DNA from: Folioceros fuciformis
Lineage: Eukaryota
Length of the DNA stretch: 64,000 nucleotides
Reading direction: 5' to 3'
Assembly: GCA_049999805.1 (NCBI GenBank)
Contig: JBNGIO010006380.1
Span: forward strand, 260,680 to 324,679
Shown here: positions 23,083 to 36,313 of the stretch, piece by piece
Layout: every line of letters begins with the position of its first letter
Position numbering within the stretch: the stretch's first letter is position 1
Notes under the pieces: generated by a model
What the model saw: only the letters and a program-made list of their open reading frames with translations
Told to the model about the DNA's origin: nothing
Databases searched by the model: none
Made by a program: the position numbers and the translations under genes

Positions 23083-24618
23083 GGCGCCTCACAAGCTACA
23101 GTCCTTTGGGGATTAGTGGGAGCTCGGTCCTGGACCGTGGCCCCAGCCCCTCTTTCGTCACAGGTTGGACATCCCTATTTTTGGACCTTGATTCCTTACC
23201 CCGTTAACAGCTTGTCCATTGATCCAGTATCCTCCGAAACCTTGAGGACGGCTGGAAATGACCGAGTGGAGGTGTGTACGCGGGCTACCAGTGCCAGGCA
23301 TCCCGAAACAGTGACAGGAAGAGCCAGCCTGCCACAAGCACAGGTGTCTGTGCATCAGAGCTGGACGAGAACATGGTTGGCTGGAGCGACCGAAGTCCGG
23401 CACGCGAGCTTGTCTGGAGTAAGACGAACGATTTCCGCTTTGAGACTCAACCAGTTGCAGGTTGAAGCAATCGCAGACCAGACCTCAAAAGAGCTAGTGT
23501 ACACCATAAAATTGTAGACCAAGTCCCGGGAGGGGACGCATGCAGAAGGATCCCTGATTCCGACAGGATGCTACTTCCACCGGTACCTTAAAGCGAGAGA
23601 CATAATCAGACGTTCTACACGTACAATCATGAAAACTCTTGAGGTGAAAGCACCTTTTGCGTGTGTTGCCTGTCTTCATCTAGAAACGTTTGCGTGCACG
23701 TCTCTGAATTATCCACCACACTCTCCACCATAGATGACAGACTCCCATGCCGAGTCAGACAACTCTGTCCATTAGTGAATGAGTTTATTCTTGTCCTTCG
23801 GCTGAGCCTTGATTCTATGGAGATATGCCTTGTCCTTTCCCTGCAGGCTGTGAATGTTGTTGAACTTGCTAGTCTGATTTGAGAGGTGACCACCGTCAGT
23901 TAAATGTGTTGTCACACTGTACGAAAAGACTCCACTACGGGCTGGAGTCTTTCCATCTGATGTGACAAATTGTCTTCTTCCTGAAGAGGAACGAACGGGA
24001 AAATCTGGCCTGCGTGCGATAGCCTTCCACGAGCTGTACATTCCCGACTCTGTGATTTGTGCACTTTTCTTCATGGTTTTCAATCAAGATAAAGGAATGA
24101 TCTTGGCGGTTTGAGATGGCGGCCGAACTGTCCTGTCATGTATACGTCGCACGACAAGGATGTGGCCTTCGATTCCATTTTCTGTCATCCGGTTCGTTTC
24201 AACGAAATTCTGAAACACGGAGCTTGTGTCCCCCATTCGGCCTCTGTGCTCAATCTTTGCGAGCATGTCGTGGAGCTATACCGCGACAAGAAATGGGCTG
24301 TGTCTTCACTTGAAAGGCGTTTCGGCTGTGTATTTCGGGCGCGTCACTTACTACATCTTGGGTTTCACGTTACACGACAGCGGTCCCACGGAGGTGAGGC
24401 AAAGAAACAGAAGAAGAAAGAACAGCATGCACCAAGAAAGAAGGCTTATCTTTGGCTACAGCGCCATATACATACAGTACTTGGTGAAACAACTACTGGG
24501 TAAGGAAACTTAGGGCACACGATGCTTCGGGTGCACTCCAGTCTACACTAGAAGTGCACCTCGAGCAAGTGCTTAACATTGTACATCACATTTCTTGCCC
24601 AGCCAGCTTACTTCGCGC

Positions 24619-25318
24619 TCACTTGTGGCACTGGCAGTCGGCGCACTTGCAGTTTGCTCCGCACTTGCAGTCATTCTCGTAGCCGAAGTCCATCTCAAAG
24701 CTGCATAACAAAATTGCCAATGACTGACGGTCAGAACACACAGCTCCTGTTGTCACGATATCATCTTCCAAGGAGCCCGAGCGGAAGGAGGAACAGCATG
24801 TACTTGACAATGTGAAGCAGGCCTACGGACAGAAGGAACTGAGGATTACCCCTTGGAAGAGCCGCCGATCGCGAGCATGGCGTCATCCATAGTGTTCTTG
24901 CACCTGCACGGAACACCGCATTTCATCAGAGGCATTGCATGCTGTCCGTAAACGAGCACCAGCGATCCAGTCCATCAGCAGACATGGCATGCAGTCCGCA
25001 AGCTCAAGCGAGGAGAAGCGATCCAGGTCATCCTTGTGTCAGATCTCGAACAACCTCCACTAGCCTGTACCTCGCCTCGGAGCTATGAACACCTACGTGG
25101 AACTACATCTCTACGCCGGCCCCGAGCAAGCACACAAACACACCAATCACACCCCACGTGCTCGGACAGATCGCTCGGTTGCAAGCGAACAATCGGCATC
25201 AGATGTCGGTCGATGGAGAGGGAGACTGGGAAGCGCAAGCTGACGGGACTCACTGGCAAGAACTTCCGCACTTGCATGCGGAGCCGCATCCGCAGGTGGT
25301 GCTGCCGCAACCAGACAT
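24619..25318 (-). CDS. Metallothionein copy 2 (3 exons, 66 aa)
   Basis: Exons 25318-25254, 24903-24850, 24700-24619 give [66 protein letters not shown]. Confidence 0.93.
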
Positions 25319-25436
25319 GTTGAAGGCCGAAGAAAGAGCTGAAGGGAACGCTGAGAGCGGAGAGCGAAGAGGAAGACGATGTAAGACCCAGGAGGCGACG
25401 AGTGTGCACTGCGAAGTCTGTCACACATCTGTGGGG

Positions 25437-25443
25437 TTTTATA
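25437..25443 (-). promoter_or_regulatory. TATA box of metallothionein 2
   Basis: TATAAAA on the minus strand in the same position as in copy 1. Confidence 0.75.
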
Positions 25444-26709
25444 GGCGCCTGACAAGCAGCAGCCCGTTGGGGATTGGTGGGAGCTGACCCCTGGCCCTTG
25501 GCCCCTCTTTCCTCGCAGTTCGGACATCCCTATTTTTGGCCTTCGATTCCTTACCCTGCTACCAGCTTCTTCTCTGATCCAGAATCCTCCGGAATCTTGA
25601 GGGCGGTTGGAAATGACCGGGCGGCGATGTGAAAGCGGGCTACCAGTGTTTTACTGATCGCAAACAGTGGTGGAGGCAGAGCCAGCCTGCCACAAGTACA
25701 TGTACAGGCTTCTGTACATCACGGCAGGACGAGCTTGTTGCTTGTTACTTCGTGATGGTTGCTGGCCCCCGCAACTTCAACTGTGCAACGGCTCTTCTGC
25801 CATTCACCGACAAATTGCTACCACCCCGTCCTTCCTCTCTGAAACCAGCCAAGGGCTACAAGAACGGCTTCCCTGTACCTATACGAGTTCCAGTACCAGA
25901 ACCGCACTGAATGAAAACGATCGGGACTCCTGGACAGTGTTCACTAGCTGCGAAGCAAGTTGCCTGCCAGGAGGTGCCGAATTACGGTACCCGATTCCAG
26001 CATTAACGCGGTCCTTGCCTATCCCTTCTACTGCTTCTAGTGATAATTCCGCAGCTCTCGGCAATGCTTCGTACCTGCATACTTACATGGTTCCGCTCTA
26101 CTGGCGGATTTTCACTGAGCCGTGGAATTGAATCGTGTACCTGTTGAACTGGTCAGTGGCAACAGTTCGCCCACGACCATGTCCTACCAAGTGTCGTCAT
26201 TGTGTGTCCACTGACAAGCTTCCAGGATATTTGACGTCTAGCCAACCAGGGGACAACAGGCAATGGCACAGTTTTCACGACTCACGAGTGACATACCTTC
26301 CGGTTAGAATGGCTCACATCGACTGGAAGCTATTGCACCAGAAGTTCGCATGGAATTTATCGGTGGTTGGTCAGGGGTTGGTCACTGGTCACACCTGACA
26401 TTGCTGTCTCCGTGAACGCAGCTAACGATTGACCGCGCAGTAAAGAGATTCGGCATTATCATAACGGCAACTTCGTAGACTTGATTCGATTCACAACTTC
26501 ACAACAAAGACTGCTCTGTATTATTCTTCTTCAGAAGCTAGAAGAAGCTGCTTTGTACAATATACATAAGTCGGACACGAAAGTGACCCGACTCCACAAC
26601 GACTGCCTCAGCGGCCTCCTTAAAATCAAAAGACTTGAAATGCACCACCGAGAATTTCACATGATGTACGCGTTGAAGCTCAGGCCGGCCCAAAGGCACG
26701 CTGCAACAT

Positions 26710-27399
26710 TCACTTGTGGCAGGAGCAATCAGCGCACTTGCAGCCAGCTCCGCACTTGCAGTCGTTCTCGCCGCCGAATTCAGTCTCAAAGCTGCAGCAG
26801 GAGGAAGAGGCAAATTCTTAGCGCATGCAGCACGAATACCTTATGAGCAGCACCGCACATTCATCCTCCCCCGGCCCTACCGTTCTTGCTGGCAACAAAA
26901 AGAAGAAGAAATCTCACCTCTTGGAGGAGAACATGGAGTCGTCCATGGTTGCGTTGCACCTACGTAACCAGAAACAAGGGGTTAAAACAGCACGTCTATC
27001 TCTAATTTGACATAGGTGACATACTGAGAAACGAAGACAGCAGCAAAATATAGCTGTGGCAAAGCTTTCCAGCTTCCCTGCCACTGCCAGCTCCCAAACA
27101 CGAAGACAAGTGCCAAAGACGCGAAACCTTGCCCCCGCGTTATGAAATTGCATCAACTGTCCACTAGTTACAAACTCATCACACACAGAAATTGCCCTGC
27201 CTTTGCAACAACTAAGAGCAACAGCAATCCAACATCAACTATCAGGACATGAACTCCAGCCCTCGGCAAGCTTCCTTCCCAATCGTGCACAAATTCACGC
27301 AATTGCGAGTGCACAGATGCGCAGATGGACTCACTGGCAACCGCTCCCGCACTTGCAGGAGGCTCCGCAGGAGCAGTTTGCGCTGCCGCAGCCCGACAT
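26710..27399 (-). CDS. Metallothionein copy 3 (3 exons, 62 aa)
   Basis: Exons 27399-27335, 26959-26918, 26791-26710 give [62 protein letters not shown]. Same intron phases as copies 1 and 2. Confidence 0.92.
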
Positions 27400-27493
27400 G
27401 GTCGCTGAAAAAGGAGAAAGACGACGCGTGAGAGGCGTTTGCTTGTTGGAGTGGAAGCGAGAGAGTGCGATACAAGGGCAGGGAACACGCCCA

Positions 27494-27500
27494 TTTTATA
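27494..27500 (-). promoter_or_regulatory. TATA box of metallothionein 3
   Basis: TATAAAA on the minus strand ~95 bp upstream of the ATG. Confidence 0.7.
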
Positions 27501-28525
27501 GCGGGCCAACCGCGAGTTTCGCCGTAGCCCGCTTTCGCCGCTCCCTCGCTTCCCCCTAGTTTCCACGGTTGAGATGGGCAGATGTGCACCAACTCCGCAT
27601 CAACCCCGACAAATTTGGTAAGAGGAAATCACGACTCAGCCGTAGCTACAAGTGTTCCAGGACGGGACAACGCGTGATTTGTCGCATCGAATGCTCCACG
27701 GAAGACCGAGGGCGGCCCACCTCGGGCCGAATCGGCGTCGTGCAGCCGGTGGGATAGGCCCCACAATTGCTGCACATTCGCTTGCCTTTTCACGCAAGGG
27801 ACGGCAACGCCGACGTGGAAGACGTCACCACTCCACCACCCTCGGTTCTGGACGATTCACCTGCCATCTCAAGCCGTGAAAGAAACAATCCTGATTCTTC
27901 ACGCCGACTTCCCTCGGGTGGGGCCATCATCTGCCGCTTGCACACATCCTACATTGGACACATCCTACAGTGCAAGGAGTAAGCCTTCCTGCCCCTTCAA
28001 TTTTAAAACCAAGTGGCGAATGTATGGATACAGTCCACAGATTAGATTTTGATTTGCATCTACAGAAGCAGGCCAGATTCCTGCTTCGTGCTGGCTTGTT
28101 GAGCTTCAATCCTGATCTGGAATGCAACCCACTTGCAGGTCCACCTGCAGTACAGCCTGCTTCGCAAGAGTTATGTACCATGACAGCAGAAGCAGAGCAC
28201 ATTCCTGCTTCCTGCTGACTTGTTGGGCTTAAATCCTGATCTTCAATGGAAGGCTTTTGAGGGTCCACCTGTGGTCCAACCGGCTGATAACTGGTCCAGT
28301 AAAATTACGGTCCGAGAGCACATAAAATCTCGCATCTGTCAGGGAATCGAGGCGTGTATATCGGTCCTATCGGAGTGACAGAGGCGAGCGCTTACGATGT
28401 ATCCCGGAGTATCCTCCCTGCCCTGGAGGTGGAGCCTGCAAAAAGATTCAGGAGTGTCGTTGAGAGTCGGAAGCTGAAAATCATGGAAACAGACGGATTT
28501 TGGAAGACGTACTTTTAAGGGTGCT

Positions 28526-30435
28526 TCACAGGTCAGACAGCGCGGCTCCATTTGGCGGTGGTGGGAGGAGCCCTTCCCTGGTAGCCATCTCATATAGTGC
28601 TATAGCAGACAAAGCCTTGGAGTCTGCAGATAAACGCCATAGCTTGGAGTACGGCACGATATGCACCTTGATCAACTCACCGTGATCCCTGAGGCCTGTC
28701 TGCTGTCCCTGTAAGGAATCTAGGACCTGCAGATTATAGCCCGCTTGATTACATGAGGGCTGAACTTGATTGGGGAACACCCATCAACTTCCAGCATCTA
28801 CACATCCAAACCTTCCGGCATTCACAAACATAAACTTTCCAGCATCCATAAACCCAAACCATCCAGGATCCACAAATACAAACCTTCCAGCATCTCAAGC
28901 CTTTCAGAGTGCACAAACCTTTTTTCTGACGGTTCCCCTATACAACATGAGAGTTATATCTTCGTCACTGCCACCCTGGTCCAGACTCCAAGATTAGAAA
29001 ACTTGCTCTCATAGTATAGATTCAAACATAGATGAAGTGTTGTCAAAATTTAAGGTCAGAGCCTCAGATCATGGCTGAGTGACGAGCTCGTACAGGTGAT
29101 GGAAACATCTTCCGGCCAGTTGACTTCTCCAAGTAGTCGGTGAGGTTGACGAGGTCTGAAGCGTTGATGCGTATTCCGGTTTCCTCTTCCACCTAGATAT
29201 AGATAGCAATAGGTCGGAGGCATTAAAATTACCCATCAGCACTGACTTCCATAACAATCCTTGTGCGCGAAATTGTTCAAGGCATGGACACAGAGAGAGT
29301 GAACGGGAGTCAGCCCACCTCACGAGCAGCTGTTCCTACAAAGTCTCCCTGATCATCGTCCAGCATGCCAGCAGGCAGCTCCAAGATTGTGCGCCCGACG
29401 GGAACTCGAGCCTAAGACACATGAACAACTACCACTTGGTGTAGGAAAAGTGCAGCACCCTGTCATGCTGTTACCACATTCACAATACGGTAAAGCCATC
29501 CCTACCTGCTCGGTAAGGACAACAAACGTCTCATCTTCACACGTCAGGAGCATAAGAATGCCTACCGCAGGCCCCCTGGCAAAGACTATACCTGGCAGCT
29601 GCACCACAGGGAGAGTTGTTAGCTACAAGGATGTGCTTTCCAGTTGCCTGAAGAACTTGCCAACAGGAACACAGCAACAGAAACCGTAACCTTCACTCCT
29701 GTTGAGTCATCAACAACCTCTGCCTTGAACTTGACAAAGCCAACCCGCGGTCCAAACATGTCGACACTCTGTTATGCAGCAAGAGGTGCACAGCGTCAAG
29801 TAGAGATGAGGTGAGGTGAACGATGACCTACAACCCACACCTCATATGTCAAACTGCACTCCTTACCTGTATGACAATCTCCCTAAGAGAGCAACGGCTG
29901 CCAACACCTCCTTCCAGATTTAAAATTCCAGCTGGCCCTTTCAAATATTCCAACCACTTCTGGAACGGACTTGAAGACACTGCTTTTCTGAAACCAAGAG
30001 CATACGCCCAACATAAATCGAACACTTAGCTCCCTTTCTTCTGCTACATGCAACAGATAATACACGACAACCAGAAACCCACCTCAACTCATCGTCAGAA
30101 ACAGGAGCAGCAGCCCTGATTTGAACAGGTCTCCCTGCCACCTCTACCGAAAGAGGACTTCTGGAAACTGAACCAGTATCGGTTGCCTGCCGAGAACGGG
30201 GATCCTGCGAGGCCATCCTCACCGCATACGGTGTCCTGGACAACAACTTTTGTGGGACATAGGTGAAGACGTTGGGGACTGCTGAGCAGATGCCAACCTC
30301 ACGACACAAGAACGTCGTCCCCCTTGAATGCAATGGAAAATGCCTGAAACAGGAAAGTCAGCTTGGAGGCCAAGTCAAATTCGTAAGACTTAAAGCAGCA
30401 TTAGTGGACCTGCATTGCAACCTCGAGCTGCGCAT
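28526..30435 (-). CDS. NUDX14: Nudix hydrolase, ADP-sugar pyrophosphatase (NUDX14-like), multi-exon, transit peptide
   Basis: LPGIVFARGPAVGILMLL, LELPAGMLDD, REVEEETG (Nudix box), MFPSPGGSDEDI.L.LYRG, TGLRDHGELIKV.IVPY..LWR..AD.KAL..IALYEMA. First exon 30435-30410 splices in frame to 30343. Confidence 0.88.
28786..28895. repeat. Intronic ~24-bp tandem repeat
   Basis: Units like AAACCTTCCAGCATCCACAAATAC, about 4-5 copies, in the last intron of the Nudix gene. Confidence 0.75.
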
Positions 30436-31340
30436 CCGCTCCCCGCTTAGGTGTGTACAAGGCTCGAAGCTTCAGTGGGTCTCCACCCTTTCCCGACCAT
30501 TTATCGCTGAGTTTCACACCTAACTAGACACAGAAATTAATCCTACGTGCAAGGTTATCATCAGCGACGATTATGGGCACACCACCCATACACGTGCTGA
30601 TATTTGCAATTTCGCAAGGCGCTCTCCATGGCAAAGTGGTGGAGGGAGTCTTCTGTTCCACAGCACATAATGTTGAGCAACCTTCATGATTCCGTTACCA
30701 CGGTTGAGTCGAGACTGGACGACGTGCCTAAAGATGATCATGTACAACATATTTAGGTCTGCATGTAGTAGAGGGAGGTCCTGTGAAGGAGGGACATTTC
30801 GATCTCGACTTCACCTCTCATCGCACAACAAGGTGTTTACATGTTTAGGCCACAGGTTGGCTTCGTCATGTTCAAGGAGTTGAAGGATGGTCTGTGTCAA
30901 GTATAGTTCAATAATATGTTGTTTCTCTTGAACAATACAGTAGGTCTGGTGATTTACAGCAAAACAAAGCAGGCGTAGTGAGTTCATTTGGAGCAGAATG
31001 TCCAGGCTAGCTTAGGCGCTCGTCAGCATTGAGCCGGTGGGGCTGCGCGACCTCCGTCTCCTTTCCCAGATAATGGTGTGCTTCTTCGGATGCAAATGGA
31101 ATGCAGAAACAGGGGAGCATTGGACACACAAAGCAGCGTGGTGCGTACGACGTGATCAAGGGCCTGCCCTCTGGTGTCTGCGGCGCTATCTCACTCCACA
31201 ATTCCCAAAACTGGCTAGCAAACCAAGGCGTTCGTAGTCGTCCTTCCCAGCACAACACAGCACACAGCACGGGGAGCGAGCAGCGTGCTATCGTGATGAC
31301 TGTCCATGCCCTACTTACTGGATGTTCATCACTTGCTTGC

Positions 31341-34300
31341 TCAGTATAGAGTGAAGTAATACAGGTATGTGTAGCATGTCGTAATGAACATCACCACCAA
31401 AGTCGGAAGCATGGAGAGGTTGGTAAGGTTTTGCACAGGACTCAACCCTCCCACAAGCGTGATCGTGGCGTTGGCCACAACACGAGCCAGTGTTCCAGCT
31501 TCAGTTGATAGGAAACCACAGTTGAATATCCCCCGGGCCATCCGGGCCGACATCACCTTGGACAAGAGCGACATGGTGACACCTGAGAGAGCGATACGTC
31601 AATTAACTGCTGAGCGCTTGTGTGCGACATCTGATCCTCACAACGCGGGCTATCCGTGGTGACCGGATCAGCAGTAACTACGTCATTTGCAAAAGGAAAC
31701 GAAACAGTTGCGAGAAGAGGGAGGGTGAAAGACTGCAGGTGTGAACCTTCAAGCACATTGGTGGAAACAAAAATGACTATGGCAGCGGCCACGTATTGGA
31801 ACGAGGTGTACGGGAACCATATATTGTAGGAGAGGATCCCGAGCACGCCGACGGCAGTGATTATCTGTGCCCACAGAATTACAATCCTGACAATGACAAG
31901 CAAACGGCGAGCGAGCCAGGAAGGTCAGGAAGGCCTTGACAAGGAAATCTGTTTAGGGTTCTGAGTTCTCGTTTGGAAGACGTACCGGTCTTCGGAGATG
32001 TTGCTGATGAAGTTTCCGACAACCGCACTCATTGGGAGCACGGTGAATCCGAGCAGCCCCAGGAAAATGCCAACCTGACCAGAGAATGCGATGACAGACC
32101 TTGTCTCAGGCGGCAGAAACTCAACGCAACCAAGCGTGCATAGGCAGATACGACGCTGGCATACCTGGTACGCGTCCCACTGGAAGTAGAAGGAGGTTGT
32201 TACACTGGATTCGGAGACCAACATTTCTGATGCAAATTTCAAGGCAAAATAAATCCACAACAGCAGTTTGACAGGAACAGTTAGCTCTTGAAACAATTCC
32301 CGAAGAGTCTCAACAGAGAGTTTTGCACGTCCAGCTTTTGTATCATCCTCTTTTCCTCCCTCCTCCTCTTCACCAGAATCTGTTGAAAAGTGGGGTAAGG
32401 ACTTGGATTTGGCCAGCAGAGGGGCCTTCAAATGATCAGCCTCAGTGATAATTCGTTCCGAGACGGTTCTTGCCAGCGGTGAGTCCTCGGTGGTCAGAAA
32501 TGGGGGCTCCGTGAAGCAACAAAGGAGGAGGAGTAGGTACAAGGCCCATAGAACCGCAAGTAGCCAGCCTGGAGCTGTGATGTTATTGACTGGAGCTCCC
32601 CATATCTGCAACGTGCAACCATGTGTGTAGGTGATGAGCAGAGAAACAGTGGAAGCGGATCCCAGCATGTGTAAGGGTCATGGAAAGCGTGGCCACCTCG
32701 AAGTCCACGAAGTCGAACAGACCAGCCAGAGCAGGTCCAATGGCCATCCCAAGGGCACTTGCACTCACGAAGGCTGCAGAAGCTTGTGTTCGCTCTGTAA
32801 CCGGTACGTGATCGGCAATGTACCTCCGATTCAGTGCCCTTGCTCCTCCCAACCTGCAAGTGGGCAAAGAATGAGACAAAAATACCATGGCGCCAGCCAA
32901 GGTAGCACCATTTGCATGCATGACAAACACGATCACACCTACCCACAGAGTGCCCGCCCTATGAGCAGAAACCACACCGAGTTGAAGTTGAGAGCCAGAG
33001 CATACAGCAAGTTCCCGGTTACAAGAATAATGGTGCTCAGGACGAGAGGTGCCTTGTAGGAGAAGTTGGACCACCAACTGTAGACGAAAGCTGAGACGAG
33101 AGCTGTGAAAGGCATGGACCCAATTATAACCCCACACAATGTAGGGGGTGCATCCAACTGTGCGGCATAGTCGTCAGATGTTGGCACAATAATATAGTAG
33201 TTCACCTGATTAGGACATTCTTTGAGTAAGCAAAAGCTTGGATGACAGACAATGCGTGGGCTCTCCCTCCAATATCACCAGAACACTGTCAGCTGGTCAG
33301 AGGAAGTCGTACCATGTAGAGAAAGGTGTTGAAGAGGTTAAGGTACATTGACCAAGGATGTCTTTCTTCAAACGCAGCTCCTGGCAGAGAGTCTTGAGGG
33401 GCGGGTAGCAGTAACTCATTTGCAACGAAAGAGGATAAGCTGACTTCCTTGGTAAGCTTCTGCCTGGCTACTTCAATTGCCTGCAATTATCACAAGATGA
33501 CAAACCAGTCAGGTCCAAACCTTCGGAAACAAGTGGGACGCGACGACAGGACTTGTAGATTGTCCAACCTGTATAATAGGCTCCTGCTCGACGACTTTCG
33601 CAGGGAGAGCAGGATGACGGAAAAATGACGAGGATGTAATAGGGTCTTGAGCTCCTAACTCAGCAAGATTTTGAGAGATTGTTGCTACCATGGCTTCGAT
33701 TCCCTGTCATATTCAGAGGTGAGCATGAACGGTGTTGAGTAAAACGAAAGATGCGGTGTATCTGTGTCCTCGGAACGAGACTGGAAGTGCTTGGAATTCT
33801 TACCACTTGGCGAAATATCTGATTGAGCTGGGAGTAAGGATGGTTGGCTCGAGATGAGATGTAGTGATCCCGGAAAACACAGGATACACGCTTCTCGAAT
33901 TTCTTCAGGATCTTCCGCAGTCCCACGGTGTTCAGCTCCAAGAACTGAAGAAGCCTCAGTAATTCGAGGCCCACCTTCCTGGGCCGGGGCAAGCAACAAG
34001 TGTGGGCAAGTGCCTTCCTTGGGGGGGCGGGGGGAGAGGATGGGGGGACGGGGCAAATGGCCGTAAGAAGATAAATGCTGGGAGGATGGACGTACCTATA
34101 CTGCTCCATGAGCTGTGCGGATGAGAGAGCGTTCTCCACATCTCCTCCATCTGGCGTGCTGTCACGAATCTCACGCAGTCTCTGGAGTTCTTCAGCAAGC
34201 AGGCCCTGCCTTTCAATCAGGAAAAGAACAATTTTCTCCACCTGAAGGTTGAGGAGGAGTGGAAGGTTAGGTGGAGGAAGATGAAGAAACAACTTAGATT

Positions 34301-34661
34301 GCTTTCGCTGCAGAGAATCGTTCCCTGCTTTGCTCGCTCGCTCCACTCACATGATAGTCCAGAAGATCTGAGAAAGACTTTTTCATCTCGTGCCTTTCAC
34401 GCTCGGAAGCCGAGGGGGCTTGAGCCGCGAAGTCATTAATCCTCTTCTTCAGTGCCTTGTAACCGATGTAGTACCTGCCCAGAGAGGCCCGAGCTCGTCA
34501 TCATCTGCTCATGGCATTGCACGCATGACCGGCAATCGAAATGGAAGCGGAGGGAGGGGGAAAAAGACGTGAATTTGCAGCGGTCAGCGAGTCCAGCTCC
34601 CTACTCACTTTTCCCAGCCAGGAATCCGGTTAGCCCGCATGTAATGGCCGAACCGCACCAT
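31341..34661 (-). CDS. SPX-MFS vacuolar phosphate transporter (PHT5/VPT-like), multi-exon
   Basis: SPX start [54 protein letters not shown] part [73 protein letters not shown]. Confidence 0.93.
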
Positions 34662-35293
34662 CTTTCCCGATGTCTGTGAGAGCTGAAAATATAATGGGCG
34701 AGCAACGCAAACAAGCGAGCAGGCCTGCAGAAATTGCACCACTCCGGGCAGTTCAATTCGTGGGGTGTCTCGAAATTGTCCACACTGCCCAATGCCTTGA
34801 AATCAAGGAACTCCGGCAGTGAAGAGACAGAGCGCCGATGCCCATGAACTTCCTGCTGCTCCTGGATCACGACAGTTACCTGGGCCACATAATATGGTGC
34901 AGCAAGCGGACAGCGGTGGTGGCGATTAGGTAGAGCGCGAGAGTGTCGTGGATCTGCGACACATCGCAGAATTGGGTGTGTGAAGCAAAAGAAGTGAGCC
35001 GTCGGACGGGGCCGAAATTCGGGCCCGAATGCCGAATGTGGCAAGTGACTAAACCGAGAACCCAGCAGTAGAAGAAGCCGGAAAGGCAGCATCAGATCTA
35101 CGAAACCTGTAGGACTGCCGAGACTTGTGGTGAAATCCGAGTCTACCTGATGGGGCTCAGCCGGAATCGCGCAGACGGCGGCCTCCCTGACCGACTTGCT
35201 GAAATCCTGAAGGTGCAGCTGGGCCTGAGGCTCAAGACGCTTGCAGTCGCAAGTGGAAGGCGAGGTTGAACCTCTCGGCAGGGCGGGAGGCCC

Positions 35294-35300
35294 TTTTATA
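35294..35300 (-). promoter_or_regulatory. Putative TATA box of the SPX-MFS gene
   Basis: TATAAAA on the minus strand within GC-rich context, upstream of predicted 5'-UTR introns (35146-34954, 34879-34674). Confidence 0.5.
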
Positions 35301-36288
35301 CTGCACCAGGCGCTGGGCACTGGGCAGCGCGGCTGCAGTGAGCGCCTCCCGAGAGGCCAGCGCCGTGGGTCGTAAAAATAGCAGAGGCAGATCCAGAGGA
35401 TCAGAGTCCTGAGAGAATGGGGGAGGCCGTCGGAAACGGAAACGGAGACGTTCGGAGAAGCTCACCGCCGACAGGTAGCAGCTGCTACCGTAACGGTGCG
35501 AGCGCTAGCGCTGGCGCTGGCGCTAGCACTAGCGCGCGCAGGTTCCTCAGACGAGGAGAAGTTGTTGTGAGACCGAGTGTGCGTGAGTGTGGGAAGTGGT
35601 GCGACCAGGCCAGTGAGACCGGAAAAGAAAATCGGGCAGCAGCACACTGGGCAGGAGGGCTGGGCAAGGCTGGGCAGTACGCAGGACGCACGCGATGCTA
35701 TGCGGCGTCCAAGACCGAGGCCCGGGGACGAGCTTAGCGATATGCACCAGAGAAGCGCACTTGCCACTGCTGCCACCTCAATTCTGTAGGTGCAACAGTG
35801 GCGTGGAAAAGTTGAAGGGCAGTCTAGCTAGGCAGAGGCAGACGCAGAAGCAGAGCGCAGAGAGCGGCAGCGGCAGCGGCAGCGGCACGGCACAGGCAGC
35901 CAAGCCAGTGCTGCAGTCAGCGTGCACATTCACCGCTGGGGGACCACAAACTCGTCTCTCGAGGAGCAATGAGAGGCAGCTAGCTGTTGTCGGTCCGGGG
36001 ACCACACGACAGGACGGGACATCGGACAAGCAAGGAACGGGCAGCGAAGCACTTGCAACTAGTCTATAGCCGTCTCCAAGATAAAGAACCTTCTCGTCTT
36101 CCCGCTTCAGTCCGGAGTCCAGGGGGAGGGAGCCACCCCGCGATCCATAGCAGGTCACAACTCCGGCGCCGGACTGTGAGAGGCGGGGGGCGGGAGGTAC
36201 GGTGAGAAAAAAAAAGCAGTGCTTCCAAGCTTCCTCCCCAGCCGCCGGGCCGGCTCTGCACACTGATGAGAACTGAACACTGGTCACT

Positions 36289-36313
36289 GCATATCCACAC
36301 CTCGTGGATATGT
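36289..36313. promoter_or_regulatory. P1BS element (GCATATCC) paired with a one-mismatch P1BS in a dyad
   Basis: GNATATNC match at 36289-36296. CATATCCAC-N5-GTGGATATG inverted repeat. Upstream of a phosphate transporter. Confidence 0.45.

Noticed and set aside
22679..27592. Repeated ORFs such as ...HWQELPHLHAEPHPQV... and ...RMRFRMQVRK...
   Set aside because: These are antisense or off-frame readings of metallothionein exon 1 and its flanks.
28766..29014. ORF with repeated SSIHKxKP units
   Set aside because: Translation of an intronic 24-bp tandem repeat, antisense to the Nudix gene.
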